Shown here: in pieces, positions 1 through 10,729 of the stretch
Layout: each line of letters starts with the position of its first letter
How positions within the stretch are numbered: the stretch's first letter is position 1
Assembly: GCA_002633005.1 (NCBI GenBank)
Contig: NMRA01000361.1
Span: forward strand, 248,869 to 312,868
From: Phoronis australis
Lineage: Eukaryota > Animalia > Phoronida
Length of the DNA stretch: 64,000 bases
Direction of reading: 5' to 3'
Position numbers and translations under genes: made by a program
Notes under the pieces: generated by a model
Databases searched by the model: none
What the model was told of the DNA's origin: nothing
Seen by the model: only the letters and a program-made list of their open reading frames with translations

Positions 1-798
1 GATCGTTATTTTTATGAACACGTTTTGACACCTCAAGAAATGGAAGAAGGAAGTACTCATCTTGTGACCAAAGTTTTTATGAATTGTTCTATCAGTGCAG
101 TACTTGGTTAAAGGATACATTCCTGTTTCGTCTAATGATAGAACTGCGTTTTTATGTACTGTAATTTTTGTACTAGACTTAGTTGAATTACACATGTAAA
201 TTTGTATCACTTGTCTTCTTTCCTAATGCATTATGAATATGCTGCAGTATTTGCATATACTGTACATGCATAAGTGGGTATTTTCGATTAAGTGTGACAA
301 AATTGTTGCAGTTCGGTTTTTCCAGTTTGCACTCTCAGCCCTTCAGATAAGTCCGGTTTCGCCTGACTTGGATGAAATCACTTGGTCTGGTTGGATCTGA
401 CTTGTACGAGTTTTAAGGTCATTGTAGTTAGTCTTCAAGTTCTTGAAAAGAAATGTTGTTCTTGCGATTTTTAAGTTCTACAAGTTATGTGTGGTTACTA
501 GAACAGCTGGTCTTGATTTAGCAACATGCAGCTCGCCCATGCAACTTCAGATTTTTGCAAGTTGAAACGAAATCAGTATGGTATTACTCCCAGGTTGCTA
601 TCAAGTTTGAAGAAGTCAAAGAATTCACCTGCAATTCACTTGTGATTTCAAGACTTCAGAATTAGCAGCACTTTTCCAAATACAGTACTTTTGGCAGGGC
701 TCTATGCTTAGCATATCAACTTGTTCAATGAACCTGTTGCTGAATGAGAAATGAGGTCACCAAAACGAGGTAACTCCTATGTGACAGTGTGATAGTTG

Positions 799-1040
799 GG
801 GACCCTTCCAAGAAACTGACTTATTGTTGACTTATGTCTAAGATTTGTCTCAACCTCCAAACTTTGAAACTTCCACATCCGGATAGTTAGTCAAACTAAT
901 GACAAAACTTAGTCAAAAACAACTCAAACTTAAGATCACTTTCTTGGAATAGACTTGAGACAAATTTAAGGTTTGCCTTAAAGTTGACTAAAATTTAAGA
1001 TTTGTCTTTTAATAGCTAAGTCAATCTTGGAACTGGGCCC
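799..1040. mobile_element. MITE with GGG..CCC termini (Harbinger-like); second copy at 47566-47817
   Basis: Imperfect TIRs gggacccttccaagaaactgactta / taagtcaatcttggaactgggccc; the interior is homologous, in inverted orientation, to 47566-47817. Confidence 0.6.
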
Positions 1041-1597
1041 TTCACAAATGATGCATACTTGCCAACTTTTAGAAATGGGGAAAACTGATTAAGTAAGGAA
1101 CTATGCCCAATGAATGTCAGCCACAATACAGCGTAAAATTAGGTATAAACCCTGTGTTCACGATGACACCGAATTTCCGTTCAGCTTCTGCCTGAGGAGG
1201 AAGCTTACAACAGGAACTTGTATGTATGCATCATGGTCTGGCCTTGCCTGTTTTTAAGGTACAGCTTGGGACTCCTGCATCTTTTGCTTCTATTAATTTT
1301 ATTCGGTGTTCGGATGTTTGGAAGTCACCACATATCTTGAAGCAACTTACTTATTTATCATTTAAAAGGATATCAAACCTGGTGTTGGCCCAGTAGCGGA
1401 TATTAAAAATGATTTTCATCCCAGTTCTCTGAAACAAAAACAAATGACAGCCCTCATAAGTTGGAAGCAAAATTTGAAAATTTCAAAATGGCTTGTTGCC
1501 TTATAAGGGGCTGAAACCAGCAACAGGAATGGTGTGCAGTCGGATACTGCCTACAGGTGTCGTTGCATCACGAGGGACTGTCGCCAGCGTAGTTTAT

Positions 1598-1757
1598 CAT
1601 GGGCGGATACAGGGTTTTGAATTAGGGGGACGAGGGCAGAGTATTAGCCAGGATTTTGGCTGTCAGACATTGGCGCTCCCGAACTGCCCAATGGAATCTT
1701 GGAGAATTTTAGGGGTTGGCATGGCCCCCTTGCCCCCTCCCTCTAAATCCGCCACTG
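1598..1757 (-). mobile_element. ~160-bp MITE family A (TIR CAGTGGCGGAT...ATCCGCCCCTG), 5-bp TSD TTTAT
   Basis: Reverse-complement match to copies at 2961-3112 and 39486-39644; flanked by tttat on both sides. Confidence 0.8.
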
Positions 1758-2131
1758 TTTATCGCCTGTGAGCAGAGGGATACAAGACCACAGATTCGTG
1801 TTGCGTCGCAAAGAGCTGCGACCAGCGAGTACATAGTGCTAAATGGACATAAGTAACTTAAACTTTAGGCGAGTTACATGGCAACTTAGGTAGAAGACCG
1901 CCCACCAAGAACCATAATATGTGTGACGGGTAGCATGATGAGCTAGTTCAATTCTGCTTTGGTCACTCAAGTGGGACGGCAATGATGCATGAGCAGGTGA
2001 CAGAACCACAGTTGGTTGAAATCACCAAAACAGGGTGTGGTATCCTTTTAATTGGTGGATTTGTATTAAGTAGCCACACAAAAGCCGAGTTCCCATTAGC
2101 GATCTGCGGGTCACCAAATCGAGCCTTGTTG

Positions 2132-2279
2132 CATAAGCGGCGCAGCACTGAAAGAAGTGGGGTGTTAAAGCCTCCTCAGCCTCCCTGTGGTGAACCGCCT
2201 ATAAATAGACCACGTGCGGTGTAGCACTGAAAAAAGTGGGGGGCTATAGCCCCCAGCCCCCTATGGTGCGCCGCCCATG
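2132..2279 (+). mobile_element. Tiny MITE family B (tandem dimer), 5-bp TSD TGTTG
   Basis: Two successive ~73-bp units similar to 5500-5572; tgttg on both sides. Confidence 0.7.
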
Positions 2280-2960
2280 TGTTGTTATGCAATTATATTT
2301 GTTTCTTGAAATTGTTGGACTAGGAGCACATCTGAGCTGGTATTTAAACTACAACAAGTAAACTGCAGTGCTGGAATTGTTCCGCAAAAATCCGATGCCC
2401 TTTGTGTAGACGCAGTACACTCGCAAAAATGCAAAATCACGCTACTATTCACGAGATAGGGCCATGCAGCATAACCATGCGATCTCACTCGATTTACGCC
2501 TGAAATTCTTGTGTAGTTGACCCAGCAGGGGCCGACCAATGCACCTTGACGCCCTGCTCGATCAGTCGAAATTTGGGGAGTCCGACATACACCCTGCAAC
2601 ATACGTTTGAATGAGGTCCTTGCCGTCGTAAAACTGGAAATAGAACGGTTCTAAAATCGCGCGGCGTCTTTCAGCTGCAGCTGAAATGAGCGCATTTCTA
2701 TCAAATGTTGAGAGCAGATTTTTTGGTATTGGTCTCTATCTACCAAACTCTGTCACTTTCCTCCACCGGGGGCCGAAATTATGTGTTCCTGTTGAGAAGA
2801 CCACTGGTGTTTGTTTTGCTTTGAGATAATTTTTTATTTTATTATTTATGTCAAAGTATACTCCACTATACGTCAGCAAGACCATCGGTAGCGGAATTCA
2901 TTGCCCTACCCAGTTAGTCACCGCCAGGTAAGGTCCGTATTTGATGCTACTGTATCGGCA

Positions 2961-3112
2961 CAGTGGCGGATTTAGAGGGGGGCCAAGGGGGCCATGCCCC
3001 ACCCCCTAAAACTCTTCCATTTGGCAATTCGGGGGTGCGTCGTCTGACGGGCAAAATCCTGGCTAATACTCTGCCCTGGCCCCCCTAAATATAAATCCTG
3101 GATCCGCCCCTG
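2961..3112 (+). mobile_element. MITE family A copy
   Basis: cagtggcggatttagaggggg...gatccgcccctg; high similarity to 39486-39644. Confidence 0.8.
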
Positions 3113-3199
3113 CCGCGGCACAACTAATTCTTAATAACTAGTGCTCCAATTCGTGAAGATAGTCTTACGAATGTGAAATGTTCCTTGGCTCAGGAATCG

Positions 3200-3671
3200 T
3201 TCTACTAACGTGCTAAAAAGTAAACCGTGCCTGAACGCGCGACGAGGAAGGCCCCCCGGCTGACATTCAGTTGAAACCGCTTGGAAGAGAAGTTACGTAA
3301 CAGGTCTCCAAATATTGGTCGCATCAGGAAAGCACCTTCCTCAAAGATACTATAAAATCTTTGCCTTCCTGGACGCATTCATGTCTTACCGTAATCACTC
3401 ATTGACGTTTCGGTGTCATGCGGCTCTTTACTCCGGACTCGTGTCTCAGTTTACGGGAAGCAGTTTGCCAATCACCCAGTCTACATGTACGTCATTTGTT
3501 GCTTCACACTACGTTGACGTTTTCCTGACCTATTTAAAAACAAATGTTTGATGACCGTAATCGCCCTATATAGCATTCCTAGTCGGGTTAATGTGTTGTG
3601 CTACAGTATAGTTGCCGTGGGTGTATTTTATCCGCGCTCTGATTGCTAGGGTCACTTACCATTTGGTTTCA
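3200..3671 (+). promoter_or_regulatory. Putative hcp promoter / 5' UTR
   Basis: CpG-richer stretch upstream of ATG 3672, with CCAATCA (~3468), TGACGT half-CRE motifs (~3403, ~3487, ~3515), a TTACGTAA palindrome (~3293), and TATA-like TATTTAAA (~3531) and TATATA (~3567). Confidence 0.35.
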
Positions 3672-6600
3672 ATGGCCTCTCGTGTGCTTTTGCGCTGGGG
3701 AGCGTCTGGATTTGTATCCACAAGCAAAATATGGCAGTCATCCAGGAGCGTGGTGGTTGGCTCTCTTATCCGGAGGCAGAATACAGACTACGCACCAGGT
3801 CTTGCGGCTTGTAATGTGGTTTTGAACCGAGGATATGCTGTTAAACCGAGACCTTCAAAGGAGTCCACACGCGAGGGTATGTGTATAAGGCTATGTAGGA
3901 CCTATCAACAAGCCTGGCTGTTTAGCAAAATATCTACAAATTATGGAATTCAAGTCAATAAAAGTACTTTTTGTGAAAGTAGAAAGCCTGTAGAATTGAT
4001 GTTTGGATTTTGATAGATCTTGGATGAATTGGCAGACTTGTTCATGTCCTTTAGTAAAATTTAAAAAAAAGGAAGGACCATCGACAGCAAAATCACGGTA
4101 TCAACAACATTGTTTTATATTGACTTGACTGAGATTAGACATGCTCTTAGTTAGAATGACTTAACGACTGGGCTGATGTGGTTATAGGCTATGTACTGTC
4201 TTATTCTGCTATATAGTACCTATCGGAAACCATGCTTTGTAAAAAGAAGGAGTAACTGAACGCCTTGTGCCTTGACACTCGCAGACTCCTATATAAACAT
4301 GCATTTCTTGACAAAGTGTTCAAAATGAAACCTCAAAAACTCTGTTACAATTTTCTAAATTACCTCTTCCATTTCGTTTATGCAACATCAGATTTTTTCA
4401 TGAAAATCGCAACAGTCTAAATTTTGATAGCCCTCACACAAAAGTGGAACATTTAAGAATAGGGTTTTGAAGAACATCGCATAATAAAGCAAAGTATCTG
4501 AGAAAGTTTCATATGAATCCGATCTCCCATCTCTGAGATATGATGGATGTTACTAATTTTGGTCAAAATTGAACTTTTTATGGGTCTGCATAGCCTTAAA
4601 CCAACTAACTGGACAATAGTACAATGTCATTATTTGTTAATTTGTATAATTTCAAACGTCAGTGGTAAATGCTATTGGTAGTCCAGTAATTGGAGTAGCA
4701 GTCCGTTTTATATCCCATAGCAACAATACAATAATTTCGTTAGAGCTCGTCAAAATCTTCATAACGCATACCAAAACTGTGTGGAGGAGGCAAGAAAAAA
4801 TTATGAAATTGAATTGTGACTTATTTCATTTTGAACACGAGCAAGTTCTTTGAACTATTTTGACGCTGGAGTGTTAACGTAGACAGGAGACTGGATAATG
4901 TCTAAATATTTCGTTCAGACCACAGTCTGCCAAATCACTATCTTGAGGTGACTGTTACGATAAAAATGTGCAATGTCATAAAGGATTACCTGGTGAAACT
5001 GATTAATGTGGTCGTTATCTTATGAATAATTTTGTGATTGTGACTTTAAAAGTCTTTCCCACGTTACGGATTTTTTCAACTTCTCCCCATCTTCAATGCA
5101 CATTGATTTTCTTCTGACACTCATGCCCTCCACTATATCTTCATGACCCTTCCGAAAAAGATCTGATCACTATTTACACACGCTATAGGGTAAAGCTATA
5201 GATTTGACACTGAGCTGTAGAATTTCAAAAAAGTTGGTCACTTTTTTGAAACTGAATGGTGTCCGCAGGAATGTAATGTATTCCTTAGCACTTGAATTTC
5301 GACTGGAACCCTATCTATGAAGTCTATCTGGCGAGGTACAGCATTTTTTTCTTTTTCATTTCGTTTTTTATTTCTTTATTTTACTTCACAAAACCTGAGT
5401 TTCTAACAGCGCAATTATTTAATCTCCAAAATCCCCCACCCACGTCAAATTTTGATGGTACGCGAATTGCCAAATTGTATACAGGAAAGATCGGTCCTAC
5501 ATGGGCGGCGCAGCACTGAAAAAGGTTGGGGGGGGGCTATAGCCCCCAGCCCCCCATGGTGCGCCGCCCATGTCCCATTGATATGCTGGGATGATTTTAG
5601 GACCGCGCCATTGTCGCGTAAAGATTTTCAGTCGTGACGCACTGTAGTTACTTAACTTGCCGGGCCAATGCACATATAAAAATTGGGTCGCAGTCACGCC
5701 TCATTTTATATCCATTGAATTCAGATAGTAACTCAAGGACAATGCAGAGCAGTCGATCAAAACTAACTTTGTCGATGACCAAAACGACAATGTTGGGGTG
5801 GTGGTAAAGCATTGTATGAAAATATACATATCTCAACTATGGATTTGTGTGTTTGGTTCCCAGGTAGCCGTTTAGACAAATCACTATTCGCCGTGCAACG
5901 TACTAAAGTAGCAGATGAAATCACACGTAAAAATGTACCCCCCCCCCCATGGGATCAAACAAGGACTGAAAATGCTAACGAGTGACATGTTACTAATTTG
6001 TCCATACGTTTGAGACCCTGTGAGTCAATTTTCGAAAAGGATCCCTGACTTAGACATGTTTCTCTTTCCTGATCTTAATATATTCAATTTCTTAGCTGGA
6101 CTAGAAGAAATGAATGGGCCTCGGGTTTTTCGTCAGGAATACTTCCAGTGTGCCGGCGGCAGAACATTTTAGGCGCCAAGCGGCAAGGCCTCAAGCTGTA
6201 ACGAACTGTCCGAGCTTCGCTTCTTATTTGAGTTAAGACCAAGTTGAGATCAGATTTGTAACGAGATGCTTGGTCTAAATTAAAAGTTTTTTTGTGACGA
6301 ACTTGCGTCCAAGTGCTCACGAAGACGAGCACTTGCCGATTTTTTTTTCTTCAGCCAATAAGGAGGTAAATTATCGATTGCTTGTGAAGTATAGAGATAT
6401 GCCAATGTACATCTTCAAATTGGAAAGTTTTATATCTTTGACTCTAGTGACGGGTAATCCACGTTGTCTTCCAGAGATGTTTTGTTTTCAATGTGAACAG
6501 ACAAAAAACCGACGAGGATGTGTCGAGATTGGTGTTTGTGGAAAGACACCAGACGTCGCTGCTCTGCAAGACCTCCTTGTGTTTGTTTTGAAAGGCATCT

Positions 6601-9600
6601 CTGTCTACGCCAATAGGCTTAGAAAGATGGGAGTTGGGATTCAACAGGAGATTGGAGAATTTACGTTTGGGGCTCTTTTCAGGTAGACCTATTCAAAATT
6701 AAGGATTATTACGCGATATTGTCTTAAAATACCCACGGGTAAATCAAATAGGAACTTACCAGCACCCACTTGCAAGGCCCAGAGGCGGATCTACAGGGGG
6801 GTTCAGGGGGTTCAAACACCCCTTTCGTGACAGGATCAAAAATAAAAACTCCAGAAAAAAGAAATCAGCAACTAAAAACCACAACAAATCTTACACGACC
6901 TTCCTTCCGCTCAGCGCTATGCGCCTCGGATTCGCTCGAATCCTAACACCTCCCCTCCATTACTGAAAACGTAGATCTGCCACTGCAAGCAATTGTTCGT
7001 TAATATGCATACTTGTCTCTATTGTCATTAAAACGCACTTCTTTGTTGTTTTGATTTTGTGTCAGTTTTACAGTCGATCTTTTAGTCCTGATTACAATTT
7101 CAGTTGATCCAAACAAATGTTATTTTGTGGAGGCTGTTAGGGCCGGTGTTTATTTTTTGTCTGAATATTCTTTCAGTACTCTCACGAATGTTAACTTCGA
7201 TCAAGATCGTTTTGTTGAATACATATCAGACGCAGTTAAATATCGAGATCAGCTCAAAGAATCATACATGCTGACATGTAGTGATGAGGGAATCCCACCG
7301 GACGTGTTCCTGCACGGACCTGCGCACTGGAAGCCTCCTGGCAATAAGTTTGACGTGCACAGCCTGGTAGAAGAAGGTATTTTTGCACGATTATGCATCA
7401 ACTTTTTTCGCTGTAACTGTAAGTGAACCTCTCGAAAACAAACTCGTGGTATAAACCTATTGAAAATAGATTTTCTAAACAGTTGTTTTAACGTAAACGT
7501 TGATCGTTCTCACAGTCCTTTCGAGTTTTAATGTCCAGACTTGAAATTAGAGTAATTCATTTACTTCAGAATTTTTTTTCTCGTAAGTATGATAGTGCAA
7601 CTCATTACAGGAAAGCAGGTGAATCTCCGTAACGAGGAACTCCAGTACGGCGAGGATGTTCACGGCGTTCGACAGATGATCATCTACGGCCTGAAAGGCA
7701 TGGCGGCTTATGGGCGCCATGCGCAACTGGTGGACGAATATGACGATTCGCTGTGTGGGTTTGTGTATGAAGTACGTTATTTCGAACACCATTCTATGGC
7801 CATTATTAGTCTTACAGGTTCATTTCCGATCGCTATATGTTTACTTAAGTTTTGGCCACAATTCTACTTCTGCATGAAGATATACCTTTCATTTTTATGC
7901 TACTAAATGTTTCACTGGATGGAAGCTCCCACCTCGTACAGAATATAAAGTCTCAATAATTGGTGCATAGCCCAGGCTGAAGAGGTCAACCTAGCACATA
8001 GTATCTGCCGAGTGAATTGGCTTTAGTTGTAGTTTGTCTATACCGCTAGTGGTGAATAAAAAAATCTTTTTGACTTGAGATCACTGCACCAGTTGAGTAC
8101 AATATTAGGCCATCACTACCACCTCCACTAATACTACTTCTGCTAAATCGTTCCAGGCACTTGACTGGCTAGCAACTGGCCCACCAAAAGAAACAAACGA
8201 TTTGGGAGCTAATCTTGCCATGGCTTTGAGGGTCGGCGAGGAAAACATTAAGGGGCTCCAGCTTCTGGACAAGGGTCACTGCACCTTATATGGAAACCCA
8301 TCACCAACTGAAGTCAACTTAACACCGGTACCTGGAAAGGTAAATGTTTTCGGTTCTACAAAAGACTTGTCAGTAGCCGATAAGCACACAGGTGCCAAGA
8401 TACTGTTTACTTCTAAAGCTGCTTTGTGAGAAATGATTAGGTTTCATAGTTTGAAGAACATTTAACAAATTTCGTTTCAGTGTTTATTGGTATCCGGACA
8501 CGACATTCATGACGTATATAACATCCTCAAGATGACAGAGGGAACTGGAATCAACGTCTACACTCACGGTGAATTGCTTCCGGTGCATGGCTATCCCAAA
8601 CTAAGAGAATTTAAGGTGAGGATAGAAGTGGCGGAGTAGAGAAGAATAGTCCCCACTCGTCTGGAACCTGGTTGCCAACCCTTTCTGTAAGAAGCTAGTC
8701 CTTTTTTCATCTGACGTGCTGTAGGCCCAGTTACGCCCTTTTAAGTTTTAAACAACTTGGTCTGACTATTGGTTCGAAATATTCAGTTCTGATGCTAACT
8801 AGGAATCATTTTTTTAGCACCTTGCAGGCCACTTCGGTGGGGCGTGGCAACTACAGCGGTTCGAGTTCCCTATGTTTCCGGGCCCTATTGTTATCACCAC
8901 CAACTGTTTAACAGAACCCATGAAGTCGTACAAGGACAGCATCTACACAGTCAATGAAACAGGTAGCCATTACACACGGTTGCTGCGTTACTTGGTGTTT
9001 ATCAGACATCGTGCCAAGTTAATGACTGTAGCCGTTATAGTTCTAGGCTTAACTATAGCGCTTGTGTTTAAATGAACACGCCATGAGCACCCCAACATTG
9101 AGAACAAGCTGGGAAGTGTGGTCATTTATTTTGTAACTAATTTAAGATGAAAATCCGAGTCGCTATGAATACTGAATATGACGACCATATTAACACTTTT
9201 CCTCAATGTCACTCTCACTCTCGTTTAATCCATCACGGCTTTGTTATTGACGTTTTTTCGCCAATTGTAGTTAACGTTCCGATCTTTTCTTTGCGGAGAT
9301 TCGATGATTTCCTGTTGGTATATTTATACGCTTAGTACTATAATTTATTTTAAGGCTGGCCTGGGGTGAAACATTTGCGTAACTTGGCAGAGGACTTTCC
9401 TCAAGTGATTGACCAGGCATTGTCAATGGAAGGGTTCACTAAGGCCCGTCAGTCTGAGCAACAAAAGACACTAACTGTGGGATTTGGTCATCATGCTATT
9501 GTCAGTAACGCCGACAAGGTAACTACTGTGTAGCTAATCTTTCCAATTTTTAAAACCATTGAAACCTTTTGTGTAAATGAGAGTAAAAAGTTCAAAGACA

Positions 9601-10207
9601 ACCCACCATCGAACTGTATATTATACTATATTATATTATATTAGTAAATACTTATCCAGTGTTGCTTTATTATCGCCTGGCGTTCTTTTCTTTATAGGTC
9701 ATAGGTGCAGTGCAATCCGGTGAACTTAGTCGCGTATTCCTCGTAGGCGGATGCGATGGTGCTGAGAACAAGCGCACATATTTCTCCAAACTCGTGGATG
9801 GGTTACCCGAGGACACTCTCATCCTCACACTAGGTTGCGCCAAGTACCGCTTCAACCGGCACGAGTTCGGGGAACTGGGGTCAACTGGACTCCCACGCCT
9901 TCTGGACGTCGGACAGTGCAACGATGCTTACGGCGCCGTTGTAGTCGCTACAGAACTTGCTAAAGCGTTCAATACTGACATCAACTCCTTACCCCTGTCG
10001 TTGAATATTTCATGGTTTGAACAAAAGGCCGTTGCAGTTTTACTGTCTTTGCTGCATTTGGGCGTCAAAAATATTCGCTTGGGTCCCGTCATGCCGGCTT
10101 TCCTCACCCCAACTGTTGTTAACATTCTACAAGACAAGTTCAATATTATGCCAACTCAAGTGAGAAACCCGAATGATGATCTGAAGGAAATGATGTCGGG
10201 AAATTAA
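3672..10207 (+). CDS. hcp: Hybrid cluster protein (prismane / hydroxylamine-NO reductase family), 9 exons, 645 aa, with predicted N-terminal mitochondrial presequence
   Basis: Exons 3672-3876, 6448-6682, 7177-7376, 7611-7771, 8157-8339, 8481-8615, 8818-8962, 9355-9518, 9698-10207. All introns GT-AG, phases consistent, 1938 nt total. Motifs: [23 protein letters not shown] (cubane Cys), [78 protein letters not shown] at ~10274 and ~10344. Exons 2-9 are near certain; linking exon 1 is inferred from phase. Confidence 0.95.
3889..4595. mobile_element. Non-autonomous TIR element (Kolobok-like, TTAA-type flanks) at the start of hcp intron 1
   Basis: ataa|ggctatgtaggacc ... ggtctgcatagcc|ttaa inverted termini. 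Confidence 0.45.
5500..5572 (+). mobile_element. Tiny 73-bp MITE family B in hcp intron 1
   Basis: TIR catgggcggcgca / tgcgccgcccatg; flanks tccta / tccca. Confidence 0.75.
6780..6985. mobile_element. MITE with TIR CAGWGGCRGATCTAC in hcp intron 2
   Basis: cagaggcggatctac ... gtagatctgccactg inverted termini. Confidence 0.6.
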
Positions 10208-10653
10208 AAGTAAGAAGTGGTCAACTTCAAAGGAACTCAAGGTTTTTCGCTGAAGAGGAACTTAGAGTTGGGAAATAAAAATGCAGTTCATTTTATTCTG
10301 TTGAATGATTTAGCTTTATTTATGTCCATTTTCTTGAATTAAGAATAAAAACCCCAATTTGATGTTCGTTTTAGTCGGTAAAACTTGGCGAGACGCAGCT
10401 TCAACTAATGAAAAGGTTAGCGTTTTAAAGATCTGTAACCAAACCACAGTTCCGACTCCGTAAGACCAACACGGCGCCAATTCCAAGCGGGAAGTCGCGA
10501 TCTCTGTAAGGTCGTAACTTCTTTTTGTTCAAGTACAAACATGTTAATCTTAGTTTCTGGTAAATATAATGTGTCAGTGGTAAAATGTTGCATTAACTAT
10601 TTAGTAGCATTCTTGTCGCGCCGTGTTGAGTAATTGCAACAACAGCGTATTGA

Positions 10654-10729
10654 CATGGGCCGCGCAGCCATTAGTGGGGGGCTATTGCCCCCCCTCCCCC
10701 AGTCCCCTATCAGGGGCGTGCCTCCCATG
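10654..10729 (+). mobile_element. Tiny MITE family B diverged copy, 5-bp TSD ATTGA
   Basis: attga|catggg...cccatg|attga, with the same G-run/C-run interior. Confidence 0.65.

Noticed and set aside
2285-2635. 105-aa minus-strand ORF / exon-like block upstream of hcp
   Set aside because: No recognisable domain, and no partner exons that I could chain.
6294-6447. N-terminal part of ORF 6294..6686 and an 11-nt micro-exon candidate at 6355-6365
   Set aside because: This is intronic read-through; the micro-exon would end in phase 0, which is incompatible with the phase-1 acceptor at 6448.
6448-10207. hcp as bacterial contamination
   Set aside because: Eight spliceosomal introns, host MITEs inside the introns, polyA signals and continuity with animal genes.
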